From the NCBI GenBank assembly GCA_977017575.1, contig CDRNVI010000019.1, forward strand, positions 310,001 to 374,000: a stretch of DNA of 64,000 nucleotides, given 5' to 3'. This DNA is from Paramoeba atlantica. Its lineage: Eukaryota > Protista > Discosea. Position 1 is the first letter of the stretch; every line of letters starts with the position of its first letter. Shown here piece after piece: positions 39,542-49,770 of the stretch. The notes below the pieces were generated by a model. The model had not been told where the DNA came from, searched no databases, and was given only the letters and a program-made list of their open reading frames with translations. Both the position numbers and the translations under genes were made by a program.

Positions 39542-40174
39542 CTATTCAAGAAGACAAGTCAAATCCTCATCATTCATATCCACCTCTTCCCCCTCACCTT
39601 GTGGCAACCTCTGAACAACATTCCCATGCCTGTGTCGTTTATGTATCTCCCGTTCCACCCTCTCCTCCACCCTCTCCTCACGACCACTCTCCTCACGCCC
39701 ACTCTCCCCCGTTTCACTTTCCGAGTTTTCAAACCCACCCTCGCGCCGCTCGCCTCCCCCTTCTCCCTCCTCCTCCTCCTCCTCCCCCTCGCTCCTCCCC
39801 CCACTCGAGCGACTCCTCTCACTCCCCGACTCCGCCTCGCGGTCGACGTACCGCTGGGCGTGTCGCGCGGCGCGCTGTCGCGCCTTCTGCTTTCGCGCCC
39901 GGCGCGCGAGCCCGCGCTCGCTGACGTAGCCGGTCGCCTTGTGGTAACGCTGCAGGGTGCGACGGGCGACGTGCTCGAGTCGCCACGGGAGCTCTGCCGC
40001 GGGGAGGTCCCGGTTGGTGAGCACCGCGCGGAGACCGCGACGGAGCCCGGGGTGGTAGGCGGGGGGGATTTCCTGCATCTGACGGAGCAGAGCGAAGAGG
40101 GTCTCCGGGGGGACGGTGTCCGGGGTGAGGTCGACGGCGATGCGGTCGTTGTAGTGGTTGGGGAAGGGAGGCAT
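39542..40174 (-). CDS. Hypothetical protein with Glu/Arg/Gly-rich C-terminus
   Basis: 210-aa ATG ORF with a helical-looking N-terminal half. No confident family. Confidence 0.6.
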   Translation of the reverse strand: MPPFPNHYNDRIAVDLTPDTVPPETLFALLRQMQEIPPAYHPGLRRGLRAVLTNRDLPAAELPWRLEHVARRTLQRYHKATGYVSERGLARRARKQKARQRAARHAQRYVDREAESGSERSRSSGGRSEGEEEEEEGEGGGERREGGFENSESETGESGREESGREERVEERVEREIHKRHRHGNVVQRLPQGEGEEVDMNDEDLTCLLE

Positions 40175-40477
40175 GGGTGAGGGGGGAGGAAAAGAAAGAA
40201 AAAGTTTCTTGGAAAAGATGCTTCTACACTGTAGTTTACCATTGTAAGTTATAACTTTTTTGATCCTTTTTTTCCCGTTTGCAAAAATAAACCTCTAGAA
40301 GAGCTTCGTCTTGTGTGTGACGGAAGGAGATGTGAAATGCCATGGAAAGACGCAAAAAGAATAACGTGTGAAAAGTAACATGTGAGCTCCTTACACTGTT
40401 CATACATTGTAGTTTTAGGAAGTCGTAGAAGTGTAAAGGAAGAGTAAAAAACGGATAGGGTAAAAGCTCCACACAGA

Positions 40478-41263
40478 TCATGCATTCTCTGCACTAGGTA
40501 TGGACAGTCTGCGTGGTTTCTTGGCCTGTTTTGCTTCCGCATCCGCAAGAGTGATTCGTCGTCGTCGAGGGCGGCAGGACAGAGGGTTGGGTCCCTTTGA
40601 TTTTCTTTTTTTCCGTGGCTGCACAAATTCTGTGGAAGCGTCGCTGGTCTTCCTTTCCATAAGATTTTGTTGTTTCGCAGACATCGGTTCTCTACCAATA
40701 GTTTTAGGGCTGGACATATCAGATTGCCCCGTAGTCCGTGATTGTCCACTTGCATTCGGGGGTCGAATTCGTAACTCGGCCAGATTTCGGTCAAAAACAA
40801 GGACTGGTACCTGAGGAAACATTCGCGTAATATCGGGTGCGTGCAAGGAAGAAGTACAAATCATGCAGCTCTTTTTTCTGTCCAAATATTGAAGGTTCAT
40901 TCTTATCCAGCGGTCAAGCAAATCAGTGCTGTTTTTTATTTGCTCAATCTTCACCTTTTCTCCAGACTCGTCCATTATGGAAACGTATTGAAGCTTTTGA
41001 CCGAGACGGAGCGCCGCCTGATGACCGCTTTGCTTAAGACTTTCCAATGTCCAAGTATGCGTACATACTGAAAAGAGTGTTGGTTTGCCCAATGTGGTTA
41101 AGAGTCGTGTAACTGCTTCTCTTGGTGTAGTCTGTCGCGAAACGCATTCCTGCAAAAAGTCACTCTCAACCCATACACGATACGGAGGCCGATGATTGTG
41201 ACATATTTCGTAGTTAAGAAGCGCCTTTTTATTGTCCTTCCTGCGATGTACGCGTGATTTCAT
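40478..41263 (-). CDS. UTP23: rRNA-processing protein UTP23 (PIN-like)
   Basis: PPYRVWVESDFL N-terminus and C-terminal KKRKSKGPNPLSC signature. Confidence 0.8.
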   Translation of the reverse strand: MKSRVHRRKDNKKALLNYEICHNHRPPYRVWVESDFLQECVSRQTTPREAVTRLLTTLGKPTLFSVCTHTWTLESLKQSGHQAALRLGQKLQYVSIMDESGEKVKIEQIKNSTDLLDRWIRMNLQYLDRKKSCMICTSSLHAPDITRMFPQVPVLVFDRNLAELRIRPPNASGQSRTTGQSDMSSPKTIGREPMSAKQQNLMERKTSDASTEFVQPRKKRKSKGPNPLSCRPRRRRITLADAEAKQAKKPRRLSIPSAENA

Positions 41264-41429
41264 TTAAAAGCGTAAGTCTGGGGTATAGAAGATAACTCTC
41301 TTCCTACGGTGACATAAATAATATATCCAAGTATTACATAAGAGCTTCTTTAGTCAACCATTTTATTCCAAAATTTGTAACTACATGCGTACCTCTAATA
41401 AACAGATAAGACTTTCAATCTCCGAACTG

Positions 41430-42425
41430 TCATCGATCTTGCTCGGCTGCTTCTTGCTTGAACGCGATAACTTTGCGCAACGCAGGTATTGCACAGTGGG
41501 CGATTAGCAAAGGAATTGTAATGGTTGGGTCGGCGTGCACTTTGATGTGCCTCGAACCCGGTGCCAGTTTACCCCAAGACACGGCCTCATCGGGGGAAGC
41601 TCCGGAGTCGCTCCCGTCAAACTCTTGTAACGTACTCAAATAAATCGCCAGATCAGCCCCATTACGCATCAAATTGGCGTTACAGGTATGATGTTTCACG
41701 ACTCCGCCGCCGGCAATAATCATTGCGGTGCGTCGGGCGTCCATCGCTATACGGTTGATTTTACAAATATCCGAGACAAGATCAACACAGGGCATAGGGG
41801 TGTGCTTGGACATAAGTTCGGCCATTGTACTGTCAGCCCAGGCTGGGATAAAAATGGGGATGTCATGTTGGGCGGCCCAATAGACAAAACTATTTTCGCA
41901 TTCTGGCTCAGACATTGACATAACACACTTTCCAATCATTGTAGCCAGTACTGATGGGGAATACTTCATGTTAGGGATCATCGTCGCAATAATTTCTTTT
42001 GCAAACCACTCATCAAATTTCTCTCGATCACACAACACTCTTGATATGTCGCGTTCGATGGAAGCCCCCGATACGACAAGGACATGTAATAGTTTATGTT
42101 GCGTAAGAAACACTGCCGCATCATGTACGCAGGTATCTACGAAATTGTCAGAAAAAGCAAAGAAAACCGTGCTCTTCGTTTTGAACCCAACTTCGCTCTC
42201 TGAAGCTGAGTCTTTCTGAGTACTCGAGTCATCGTTCTTCCCGAGGGACCAGCCGATCATTTCTTTAAATATTATGAATGCCTGACCTAGATTTGAAGCT
42301 TGAAAGCCGGTGGTCAGATATCCATCTAGAAGAGTGCAAAGATCTGGAGACAATACCCCATTGACCTGCAAGTAGTCAAATGTAGGATCTGAGGGTTGAA
42401 AAACTGCAGAGTGAGCATCGTCCAT
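41430..42425 (-). CDS. DHS: Deoxyhypusine synthase (catalytic-Lys-bearing paralog)
   Basis: TTGFQASNLG, GGGVVKHHTCNANLMRNGAD and EFDGSDSGASPDEAVSWGK. Likely start ATG 42425. Confidence 0.9.
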   Translation of the reverse strand: MDDAHSAVFQPSDPTFDYLQVNGVLSPDLCTLLDGYLTTGFQASNLGQAFIIFKEMIGWSLGKNDDSSTQKDSASESEVGFKTKSTVFFAFSDNFVDTCVHDAAVFLTQHKLLHVLVVSGASIERDISRVLCDREKFDEWFAKEIIATMIPNMKYSPSVLATMIGKCVMSMSEPECENSFVYWAAQHDIPIFIPAWADSTMAELMSKHTPMPCVDLVSDICKINRIAMDARRTAMIIAGGGVVKHHTCNANLMRNGADLAIYLSTLQEFDGSDSGASPDEAVSWGKLAPGSRHIKVHADPTITIPLLIAHCAIPALRKVIAFKQEAAEQDR

Positions 42426-42885
42426 CACGAATGGGAAAATAAGCTTAGGATTTTCGTACACGAGCTGTGCAACTTGAAATGAACATGTATGTAACAGAAC
42501 AGTAAGCTTAACTATGATCGAAAAAAATACTGTTCTCCCCATATACTTATAGTCGAAGAAAACAATGCTCGTTAAACCTCCAATTCACGATTCCTTTAAT
42601 CGCGAAAGAGATGTGATTGAGCATCTTTGAGACAACCTTGTGAAAAGTAAGATGCAAAGCAAAAAATTAGTTAAATCAATTCATGCCTCTTTAAGGATCA
42701 ATACACTAAATCGGCAAGGTTATCACATGTGTCCCGTCATTTCTTCTATGCTTATAGCACTAACACATGCGCAGCACTCCAGTAGGTATGCTTAGTAGAT
42801 GCCTCTAATTCTATCCACACTTCGTTTCCTTGGAATCACAGACCACGCCGATGCTCGTAATCCGTAGCTCCGATGTTTCGTTAGT

Positions 42886-43236
42886 TTATCTTTGGCTACG
42901 AAGAATGTAGTACAGGAAAAAGAAGACAAAGGCAACAAACATAATTAAAGTTCGCATGGGGTGAAAGTTAGTGTGTCGGTGCATCACAACATCGATATGG
43001 TGGAGACTTCGTTGAAGCGCTCCACGTGACTTTAGCATCAGTTTATCCATTCCAGATAGAATCGACGTCTGTTCGGAAACTTCTTGTTGTAGAGATTTGC
43101 ATGCACCATGTAGTTGGGAGACTTGATTAGACAACGCGCGTAATATGGCCTCATTTTCTTCGAGGACGTATTCGCCCAAGCCTCCACTGGAAGCCGTAGT
43201 TCTTCTCTTGTCGGTGCTTACTGTGGTTGTTGGCAT
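42886..43236 (-). CDS. Bet1-like Qc-SNARE
   Basis: LEENEAILRALSNQV..EVSEQ SNARE heptads and a C-terminal TM anchor; 116 aa. Confidence 0.75.
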   Translation of the reverse strand: MPTTTVSTDKRRTTASSGGLGEYVLEENEAILRALSNQVSQLHGACKSLQQEVSEQTSILSGMDKLMLKSRGALQRSLHHIDVVMHRHTNFHPMRTLIMFVAFVFFFLYYILRSQR

Positions 43237-43530
43237 AATCTCACACTCGCTCTTCTTAGTTTCATTTCTTCTTTGGAAAATGCTAATTTATTAAAAGCGA
43301 ATAAAGAGGAGGTTCTTTAACGTAGCGAATTATAGTATTCAGAAATAGGTCTCAGTATAGTAGTAATTTAGAAAATATACGATGAACGGAAAGCTACAAA
43401 TAGTATTTTGCTTAATTTTTCTTTGAGAATGCTCAACCACTAAAATTTCAGATTTGCTTCGGTATCAATAAATGCTGATACAACTTTTCACTTTCTTTCT
43501 TGCTACTTGCGCTTGACTTTGTATGTGACC

Positions 43531-44256
43531 TCAAATAAGGCGTTTAACGAATTGATTCATATAGGCCTCACGGTTCCCAAAGTCTCCCCCTTCGATAAAA
43601 TGTCGGCGTTTCTTGTTAATACCACCACGCGGAGCGCTGAGTTTAAAGGGCCACAGCGTAGACGATACCTTGGTGAAACGAGGTCCGCACGTCGCTAGCT
43701 CGTGGACTATATCATCAAAGCATTGAATCGTCTTGCAGTAGGGCAGCGCCTTGCGCACCACCTCATTGTCAGTGAGCCGAATTCGCTTGCCTCCGATCTT
43801 TGCGTAACCACGTTTCAGGACGAGCTTCTGCACGGTACTCGGGCTGAGCTGACCATAGGTTACCCAGGGTTCAATCATGCGCAGCATCGGCATTGTGGCC
43901 TTGTTAAGACGAAGGAACACTCCGTTGTAGATTTGACGCAGCCGGAACAGAGTCAAGATCTTACGGGGGCGGGGAGGGACCTTGTGAATCCCTCGGGTAC
44001 GTACAACGAAGGCTACCTTCGGGCTTCCCTCAGTGACGTATTTCCCCTCGCGTTCGGCGGTACGCTTCAGGGCAGCTTCAGATCGCTCCACCTGTTGGCG
44101 CTTTCGGGCATTCGTAACGGCTCGTTTCAGTACCGTCGCGCGCTGTTGGGCCTCTCGTCGGGCTACCTTGCCCTGTGACTGAGTCACGGCTTTGACGCGG
44201 TCCCGCTTCACTTTTTCCTTCTTCAGTTTCGATTCCGGTACGCGTTGGGTAGTCAT
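43531..44256 (-). CDS. RPL7: 60S ribosomal protein L7 (uL30)
   Basis: KVAFVVRTRGI, LFRLRQIYNGVF, EPWVTYG, LWPFKLSAPRGG and GGDFGNRE. Confidence 0.95.
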   Translation of the reverse strand: MTTQRVPESKLKKEKVKRDRVKAVTQSQGKVARREAQQRATVLKRAVTNARKRQQVERSEAALKRTAEREGKYVTEGSPKVAFVVRTRGIHKVPPRPRKILTLFRLRQIYNGVFLRLNKATMPMLRMIEPWVTYGQLSPSTVQKLVLKRGYAKIGGKRIRLTDNEVVRKALPYCKTIQCFDDIVHELATCGPRFTKVSSTLWPFKLSAPRGGINKKRRHFIEGGDFGNREAYMNQFVKRLI

Positions 44257-44466
44257 AACGAACGTAATTTATAGAATATACTAGACTGAAGTAATAGGTC
44301 TGAAAGATACACCCCGTCTCTGTTGTCGAGAAACTATGCTTAAAAACAGTACCAGGTATGCCTGATGTACAGTGTAACTGGATATAAATTCTGCAACTGG
44401 TTGTACATGCCCTTACCTTCGAAAAACCCAAAATTTACTTATGAACCCTACATCCCACCCTCTTAT

Positions 44467-45792
44467 CTACTCCAGTAACCGCCACGAGCCCTCACCCTGG
44501 GGTGTGTGCCGCGTGATCCGGGCATTGATCTCATCCACCTCGTACCACGCCTCATTCTCATCCTTCCACGGCTCGTACGGGTTGTCATAGTACCCCTCAT
44601 ACATCGGTTTCTCCGCCTCCTCTACGCGGGCCGCCACCTCGTCCTCTACCGTTACCGGAGCGGCGGTCATCAACCCCCGCGCAGGGAGCTGATTCCGAAT
44701 ATGCGGCGGCAGCTCGGTGTACTTCGCCAGCAGCACCTCCTGCTGCATCTGCAGCACCGCCCCCTCGGTGAGCACCAGCCGGTCATGCTGCAAACAATCG
44801 TACACATTAAACCGATTCAACGGAACCGGGTTCTTCGGTCCCTTCGGTCCAAGATACTTCAACCGCTGCCGCTGTCGGTTCCAATCCACCGGCTCCTGGC
44901 ACTCCACGATCGGGCGCACCGTCTTCACCCGTCCCTGGGCGAAGCTGCCGTAAAAGAACGACCGGTTAAACTCCTTACTCGGGGCGACCCGGGAGCCCCC
45001 GTCGATGAACAGCACCCCGGCGCCCGTGTGGCGGGTGTCCCACCGCATGCGCCCGCAGAGCGCGCTGAACCCCCGCGGGGTCGCGCGGGGCAGCGCGAGG
45101 CGCTCCACGACCTGGAGCTTCCCCTGGAGCAGCTTGGTGGTGAGCGCCATGGCGTTCGCGATGCGCCACTTGTGGGGGTTCTGCGGGGGCATGCGGCGGG
45201 TCCAGGGCTTCATCGGGTTCGAGAGCGCCCCCCAGCCGTACTTGGCCCCTTTGCGGGGTCCGGCGCGGATGAGGCCGGTGCCGGTGTTGGGGTAGGGCTT
45301 CTTGTTGCTGAGGTAGAGCTCGCGACAGCCGTGGTCGGATTGGATTTTGAAGTTCTGACAGCGCTGGTCCCAGTAGTTCCAGGCCCAGTGCAGGTGCTCC
45401 GTGTTGGGGTAGCGCCCGAAGAGGTAGGGGTCGAGCTCGGTGGTGTGGCTGATCTCGTTGTCGAGTGTGAAGACGGGGACAATGAGGGGGACGCGGATGG
45501 TGTTGTGGGTGTAGACGGGGGTGACGGAGCATTTAAAGTGGGGAAGCTCGGGGAGGGGCTCGGTGAAGTAGGGGTGTACACGTTGGGGGGAGGGGGCATA
45601 GGGAGAAATCAGTGGCCAGCGCAGGGAACTCATGACCGCCCCTCGCAGAGGCAGGGGGTGGGCTCCCGGGATCACTTGGTCGGGGTGCTCGAGTTGAAAG
45701 TCGACCCCCGCACGAGGAGCCAGGGATTGTCCCTGGTCCATTTTCTTCATCTTACTAACAAAGCGGTGGGCAACCCAGTTGCGGTGTAGCAT
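44467..45792 (-). CDS. Mitochondrial ribosomal protein uL4m
   Basis: KKPYPNTGTGLIRAG..GWGA..PMKP (L4 loop), AMALTTKL..LQVVE and FNVYDCLQHDRLVLTE. Confidence 0.75.
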   Translation of the reverse strand: MLHRNWVAHRFVSKMKKMDQGQSLAPRAGVDFQLEHPDQVIPGAHPLPLRGAVMSSLRWPLISPYAPSPQRVHPYFTEPLPELPHFKCSVTPVYTHNTIRVPLIVPVFTLDNEISHTTELDPYLFGRYPNTEHLHWAWNYWDQRCQNFKIQSDHGCRELYLSNKKPYPNTGTGLIRAGPRKGAKYGWGALSNPMKPWTRRMPPQNPHKWRIANAMALTTKLLQGKLQVVERLALPRATPRGFSALCGRMRWDTRHTGAGVLFIDGGSRVAPSKEFNRSFFYGSFAQGRVKTVRPIVECQEPVDWNRQRQRLKYLGPKGPKNPVPLNRFNVYDCLQHDRLVLTEGAVLQMQQEVLLAKYTELPPHIRNQLPARGLMTAAPVTVEDEVAARVEEAEKPMYEGYYDNPYEPWKDENEAWYEVDEINARITRHTPQGEGSWRLLE

Positions 45793-46066
45793 GGTGGAAG
45801 AAGGGAGGTAACGTTAACGTGTGAAGAGCTATCGAAAAACAACTGGTTGTACAACTAATAAAACAGGGGCATGGCCCTACACTTCACAGTATCCTATGCA
45901 ACAAACACTAATAAACCAGAGGCGCCCGTGCGATAAAATAGGTGAGCAAGAGTAACTCAATAATGTGACCTCACTCATCTTCTATGAGCTCACTTCTACT
46001 GCAGTTGTATTATTTCTCTACTGCATCTCTCTACTGTACAGAAGACTGCTGTAGTAGTTTAGTGCT

Positions 46067-46777
46067 CTATCTTTCTTCATCGTTTCTACTAAGCGAATCC
46101 CATATTTCAATGTTGGGTGGTATTAATTTCGGTAATAGAAGTCTGCGATGAGTACTGATAGTAATAGTTACTCCAGATATGTCGGCGCCGGGCGTCAATA
46201 AGAACTTTCCGTAAAACCTATTGTAGTGTAGCTGAAGATCGCTAAGGGTACGAGGAAGCATGTCTAATCGAAGATCTCCGCTAAATCGGTTGGCGAATAA
46301 ATGAAGAGTATATATTTCGAGGGGCAAGTTCGTCAGATCCACATGGCCTCTGCACCTGTTCCACGAAAGCGTGAGAGTGTCCAGCGTACTTGGAAGTTCA
46401 GCAAAGGATAATGCTCCAGAGAATTTCATATCCAATACAATCTCTACGAGACCACCAGGTAAGTCTGGTACACTCACGATGCCGTGCAGCGAGTTCTGAC
46501 GTATGTTTAGAAGCCGCGTCTTCTCCGGCAGATACATCCACTGAAGCTCACCTCGCAATCCCCTGAAACACCAGGAGATCCTGATTTCAGTGTTGTATGT
46601 ATCTATGCCCGACCAATTCTGTACAGGAGTATCAGCGTTCCATGAACTATGTACATTCTCAAGACGTTCTACAAATTTGCAAAGAACATATTCCGCAGGT
46701 AGATTAGCCCTTCGCACTCTCCCAGGTCTAACTGCAAAAGTGTCGCACGATTGGGCCGCATACAAGCAGAAACTCAT
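46067..46777 (-). CDS. Short leucine-rich-repeat protein (family copy 3)
   Basis: SWNADTPVQNWSGI cap, then LPxxLxxLxLxxNxFxG repeats. Confidence 0.88.
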   Translation of the reverse strand: MSFCLYAAQSCDTFAVRPGRVRRANLPAEYVLCKFVERLENVHSSWNADTPVQNWSGIDTYNTEIRISWCFRGLRGELQWMYLPEKTRLLNIRQNSLHGIVSVPDLPGGLVEIVLDMKFSGALSFAELPSTLDTLTLSWNRCRGHVDLTNLPLEIYTLHLFANRFSGDLRLDMLPRTLSDLQLHYNRFYGKFLLTPGADISGVTITISTHRRLLLPKLIPPNIEIWDSLSRNDEER

Positions 46778-46963
46778 CGGTAGGTGACTAATTTCAAATG
46801 CTTTTTACTTCTACAGTAATTTGACATTACTAATTTCTGTTGTACGCCTTAAGAAATTCGGATACAACATATTAATTCGATAAAACGTCCATTCGATGCC
46901 TCAAAAAAAGTAAAATTGGTAAATTTCATTAACCTACCGAGGAGTTTAATATATTTGCGGTGT

Positions 46964-49396
46964 CTAATTGCGATGAAAATGTCTTTTCTTCTGCATCATT
47001 TTCTTTTTCGCCTTGTTTTCAGCAGAGCGCATGTGCTGTTCTAACTGCTTGCCTCGGAGGCGCTTCTTTTTCCCTTTAACCATAGCGAATGGACTAAAGC
47101 AGGTTTGATCGCCTTCTGGATAATTCCTCACATGTTCTTTCTCACCCACATCAGGTATCTGCATTTTTGTTTTCAGCATCCATTTTGAAAATGTCTTCCT
47201 GTCGGTTTCAATCTTTATTTTGGATCCCGCCTCGTTCCTAAGACCGCGAAGCATAAGCTTTGCTCGACCAACGTCTTCCTTAACATATTTCTTCGTTTTC
47301 TTATTCCACGCGTATACTGAGCGAAGACTGTTCATTGCCTCAGCCGAGTCAGCGCATAGGTCGTCCGCAACATTTTCTAAGGTGTCTTCCACTGCAGTAA
47401 CACATGGTTCGGAAGAAATGTAGTACGCTTCCTCGGAGCTACGATTCCATTTCTTTTCATTTTTGGGGATACTTGACCTCTTTCCGGTTGGCCTTACTGG
47501 AATCTTTTCGTGTTTTCCTATTTTTGTGTCTAACATTCCATGGAGGTCAGTTTTATTGTTAGTGGTCTCAGTTGTGTTGGGAAATGAGGCGCCGGTGACT
47601 CCATCTTTATGCTTACTCTCAGTCAAATTAGATATGAACTTCAAGGCTTCGCGAAAACTATTCTTTTTTGACTCTGAAAGATTTTGCTGATTTTTTGCTT
47701 GAAATATCGCCCCTCCTCCCCGAAAGGATGAGACATTCTCCACGGCTACATTTTTCTCAGTTTGGTGCTCTCTGATTCTTTGTAGCTCAGAGTGAATTGC
47801 CAGTTTGTGCATAAGCTCTCTTCCCTCGGCGTAAAGCGCATGAGCGCAAACCGGTCTAGATCGTTTGTATTGCTTGTACCCTTTATTTGCGGTGTCTCGA
47901 AGCGACATCAGCTCAGCATGATCTCGTAGGGTCATTTCAAGCCATTCGTGCTCGGGTTTCAGGAAATTCGCTGGCACTTTACCATACTCGACAGAATGAC
48001 TCATGTTTTGCTGCTCACTGTTCCCTTTTTCGGAAGGTTCCAGTTTCAGTTTGTTTCGGACGTTCATAAGATACGGGAGCTCATCAGAGGCGACAAAGGA
48101 AAAGGCCACGCCTGGAGCGCCCGCCCGTGCCACGCGCCCCCCTCGATGGATAAACAACTTTTCGGAATGCGGAAAAGAAACGTTCAGCACATAGTCTAGG
48201 GCGGGAATATCGATCCCCCGAGCTGCGAGGTCCGTTACAAGTAAAAGTGTTGTGTGCTTTCGAATGAATTGACCCATGGCTTCTTTCCTCGCCTCTTGAT
48301 CCATGGACCCGTGCAACGCTGAGCATTGATAGCCGTAGAGACGCAACAATTCACTGCAATACTCCACATGATACTTTGTGGGGAGAAATACGAGAGCTTG
48401 TTTGTGGTTGGAAGCAGTATTAGGGTTCGGGTGCTTAGTCTGTTTCCCGAGCAGTTTATTGTGATGAGATGGCGAGGTCGTAGATGCGTTTTTGTTAGTC
48501 TCTCGCTCTATGTTAAGTACGTGCTGTAACAGATAAAGTAGTAATGGAATCCTTTCGTCTTCACGTATGACAAAGAAAGATGAAGAAAGTGTGTCGGGTA
48601 ATTTGGTCTCAGATTCTAAACGAACAAACGTAGCATCGCTCAATCTCGCGGTTGCAAAGTCAGAGAGAATAGATGGCATTGTGGCCGAAAAGATAGCTTT
48701 TTGACAATGTTGAGGAACACGATACATTATTTCTGTGATTTGCGACTGAAATCCTTGCTCGAAGAGACGATCACCTTCGTCAAGTATCAGCATTTCGATA
48801 AGGGAAAGTTGCAACTTTGTTTCGCTTAGTACATGAAGAAGCCGACCTGGTGTCGCTACTACAACATCGGGATTGTTCGCCAGATTGGTGAACTGCTCCT
48901 CCAAGGCGTCACCACCCACTAGAACACAATTACGCAAACTGGTAAATTTCGAAAGATCGCGGAGAAATCTTGCCGTCTGAAGAGCTAATTCTCGTGTGGG
49001 AGATAATATCATGCCGCGAATACCGCATATTTCGGAGTGACTGCTCAACAGTTGTAACATTGGGATGAGAAAGGCGGCTGTCTTACCGCTTCCGGTACGT
49101 GCCATTACAATTGCATCCTTACGCTGAAGCAAAAGAGGTATGGTACGTCTCTGAATAGGCGTCGGGTTGCTGTATTTTCGATAGGCAATTCCGCGCGTAA
49201 TTTCGTTGGACAATCCAAACTTTCCAAATCCAGTCATGTTCTTACGAATCTTTGATTGTAGCCCTACAGATACTTCAGCTATGGTTCCTTCCACACCTGG
49301 AAACACGGTAAGCCGATCGTGTCGCAGAGACGTAAGACATGCGTCTGCTGTTTCCTTTTCATCATCGGAGGATGCTCCTGTGCTCTCCAACTTCAT
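46964..49396 (-). CDS. DBP10: DEAD-box RNA helicase DBP10/DDX54
   Basis: F..FGLS..PTPIQ, ARTGSGKT, PTRELA, DEGD, SAT and HRGGRVARAG; C-terminal WNKKTKKYV DBP10 motif. First ATG 49396. Confidence 0.88.
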   Translation of the reverse strand: MKLESTGASSDDEKETADACLTSLRHDRLTVFPGVEGTIAEVSVGLQSKIRKNMTGFGKFGLSNEITRGIAYRKYSNPTPIQRRTIPLLLQRKDAIVMARTGSGKTAAFLIPMLQLLSSHSEICGIRGMILSPTRELALQTARFLRDLSKFTSLRNCVLVGGDALEEQFTNLANNPDVVVATPGRLLHVLSETKLQLSLIEMLILDEGDRLFEQGFQSQITEIMYRVPQHCQKAIFSATMPSILSDFATARLSDATFVRLESETKLPDTLSSSFFVIREDERIPLLLYLLQHVLNIERETNKNASTTSPSHHNKLLGKQTKHPNPNTASNHKQALVFLPTKYHVEYCSELLRLYGYQCSALHGSMDQEARKEAMGQFIRKHTTLLLVTDLAARGIDIPALDYVLNVSFPHSEKLFIHRGGRVARAGAPGVAFSFVASDELPYLMNVRNKLKLEPSEKGNSEQQNMSHSVEYGKVPANFLKPEHEWLEMTLRDHAELMSLRDTANKGYKQYKRSRPVCAHALYAEGRELMHKLAIHSELQRIREHQTEKNVAVENVSSFRGGGAIFQAKNQQNLSESKKNSFREALKFISNLTESKHKDGVTGASFPNTTETTNNKTDLHGMLDTKIGKHEKIPVRPTGKRSSIPKNEKKWNRSSEEAYYISSEPCVTAVEDTLENVADDLCADSAEAMNSLRSVYAWNKKTKKYVKEDVGRAKLMLRGLRNEAGSKIKIETDRKTFSKWMLKTKMQIPDVGEKEHVRNYPEGDQTCFSPFAMVKGKKKRLRGKQLEQHMRSAENKAKKKMMQKKRHFHRN

Positions 49397-49770
49397 AAAT
49401 GTAGGATAAAAATTTAAAAAATGATGCAAAACAGGTAAATATGTAAAGATAAATAAATAAACGTGGTGTTTTTTAAAGTTTTCTTCTAAAACAAATGTGA
49501 ACCAAATATGAAATGAAAATCGAGGGACGAGTAGCCATACTTACGTGGTATCTAAATGCGAGTTGTACGAGCAGCAGTGCCGTGTGGATTCCTCTATGGG
49601 ATTCCTGCAACAAGTTATTCTTTATTACATCATCAGATTACTGGTCTAGTAATTCCAGTCTGGAAGCTTAGATGCAATTGGGACCAGATTAGATTTCTGG
49701 AAGAAACCTATCAGAGCAGGTAGGCATAGTTCCATCTCCACCGCTAGCCATCTCTCCAAACGCTGTGACT

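Noticed and set aside
39542-40174. Weak resemblance of the N-terminal half to a BET extra-terminal (ET) domain
   Set aside because: Too few conserved positions to call without a profile search.
44506-45789. 427-aa plus-strand ORF; similar antisense ORFs at 7475-8068, 21266-21922 and 39599-40180
   Set aside because: Shadows of GC3-rich genes on the opposite strand, with low-complexity translations and no motifs.
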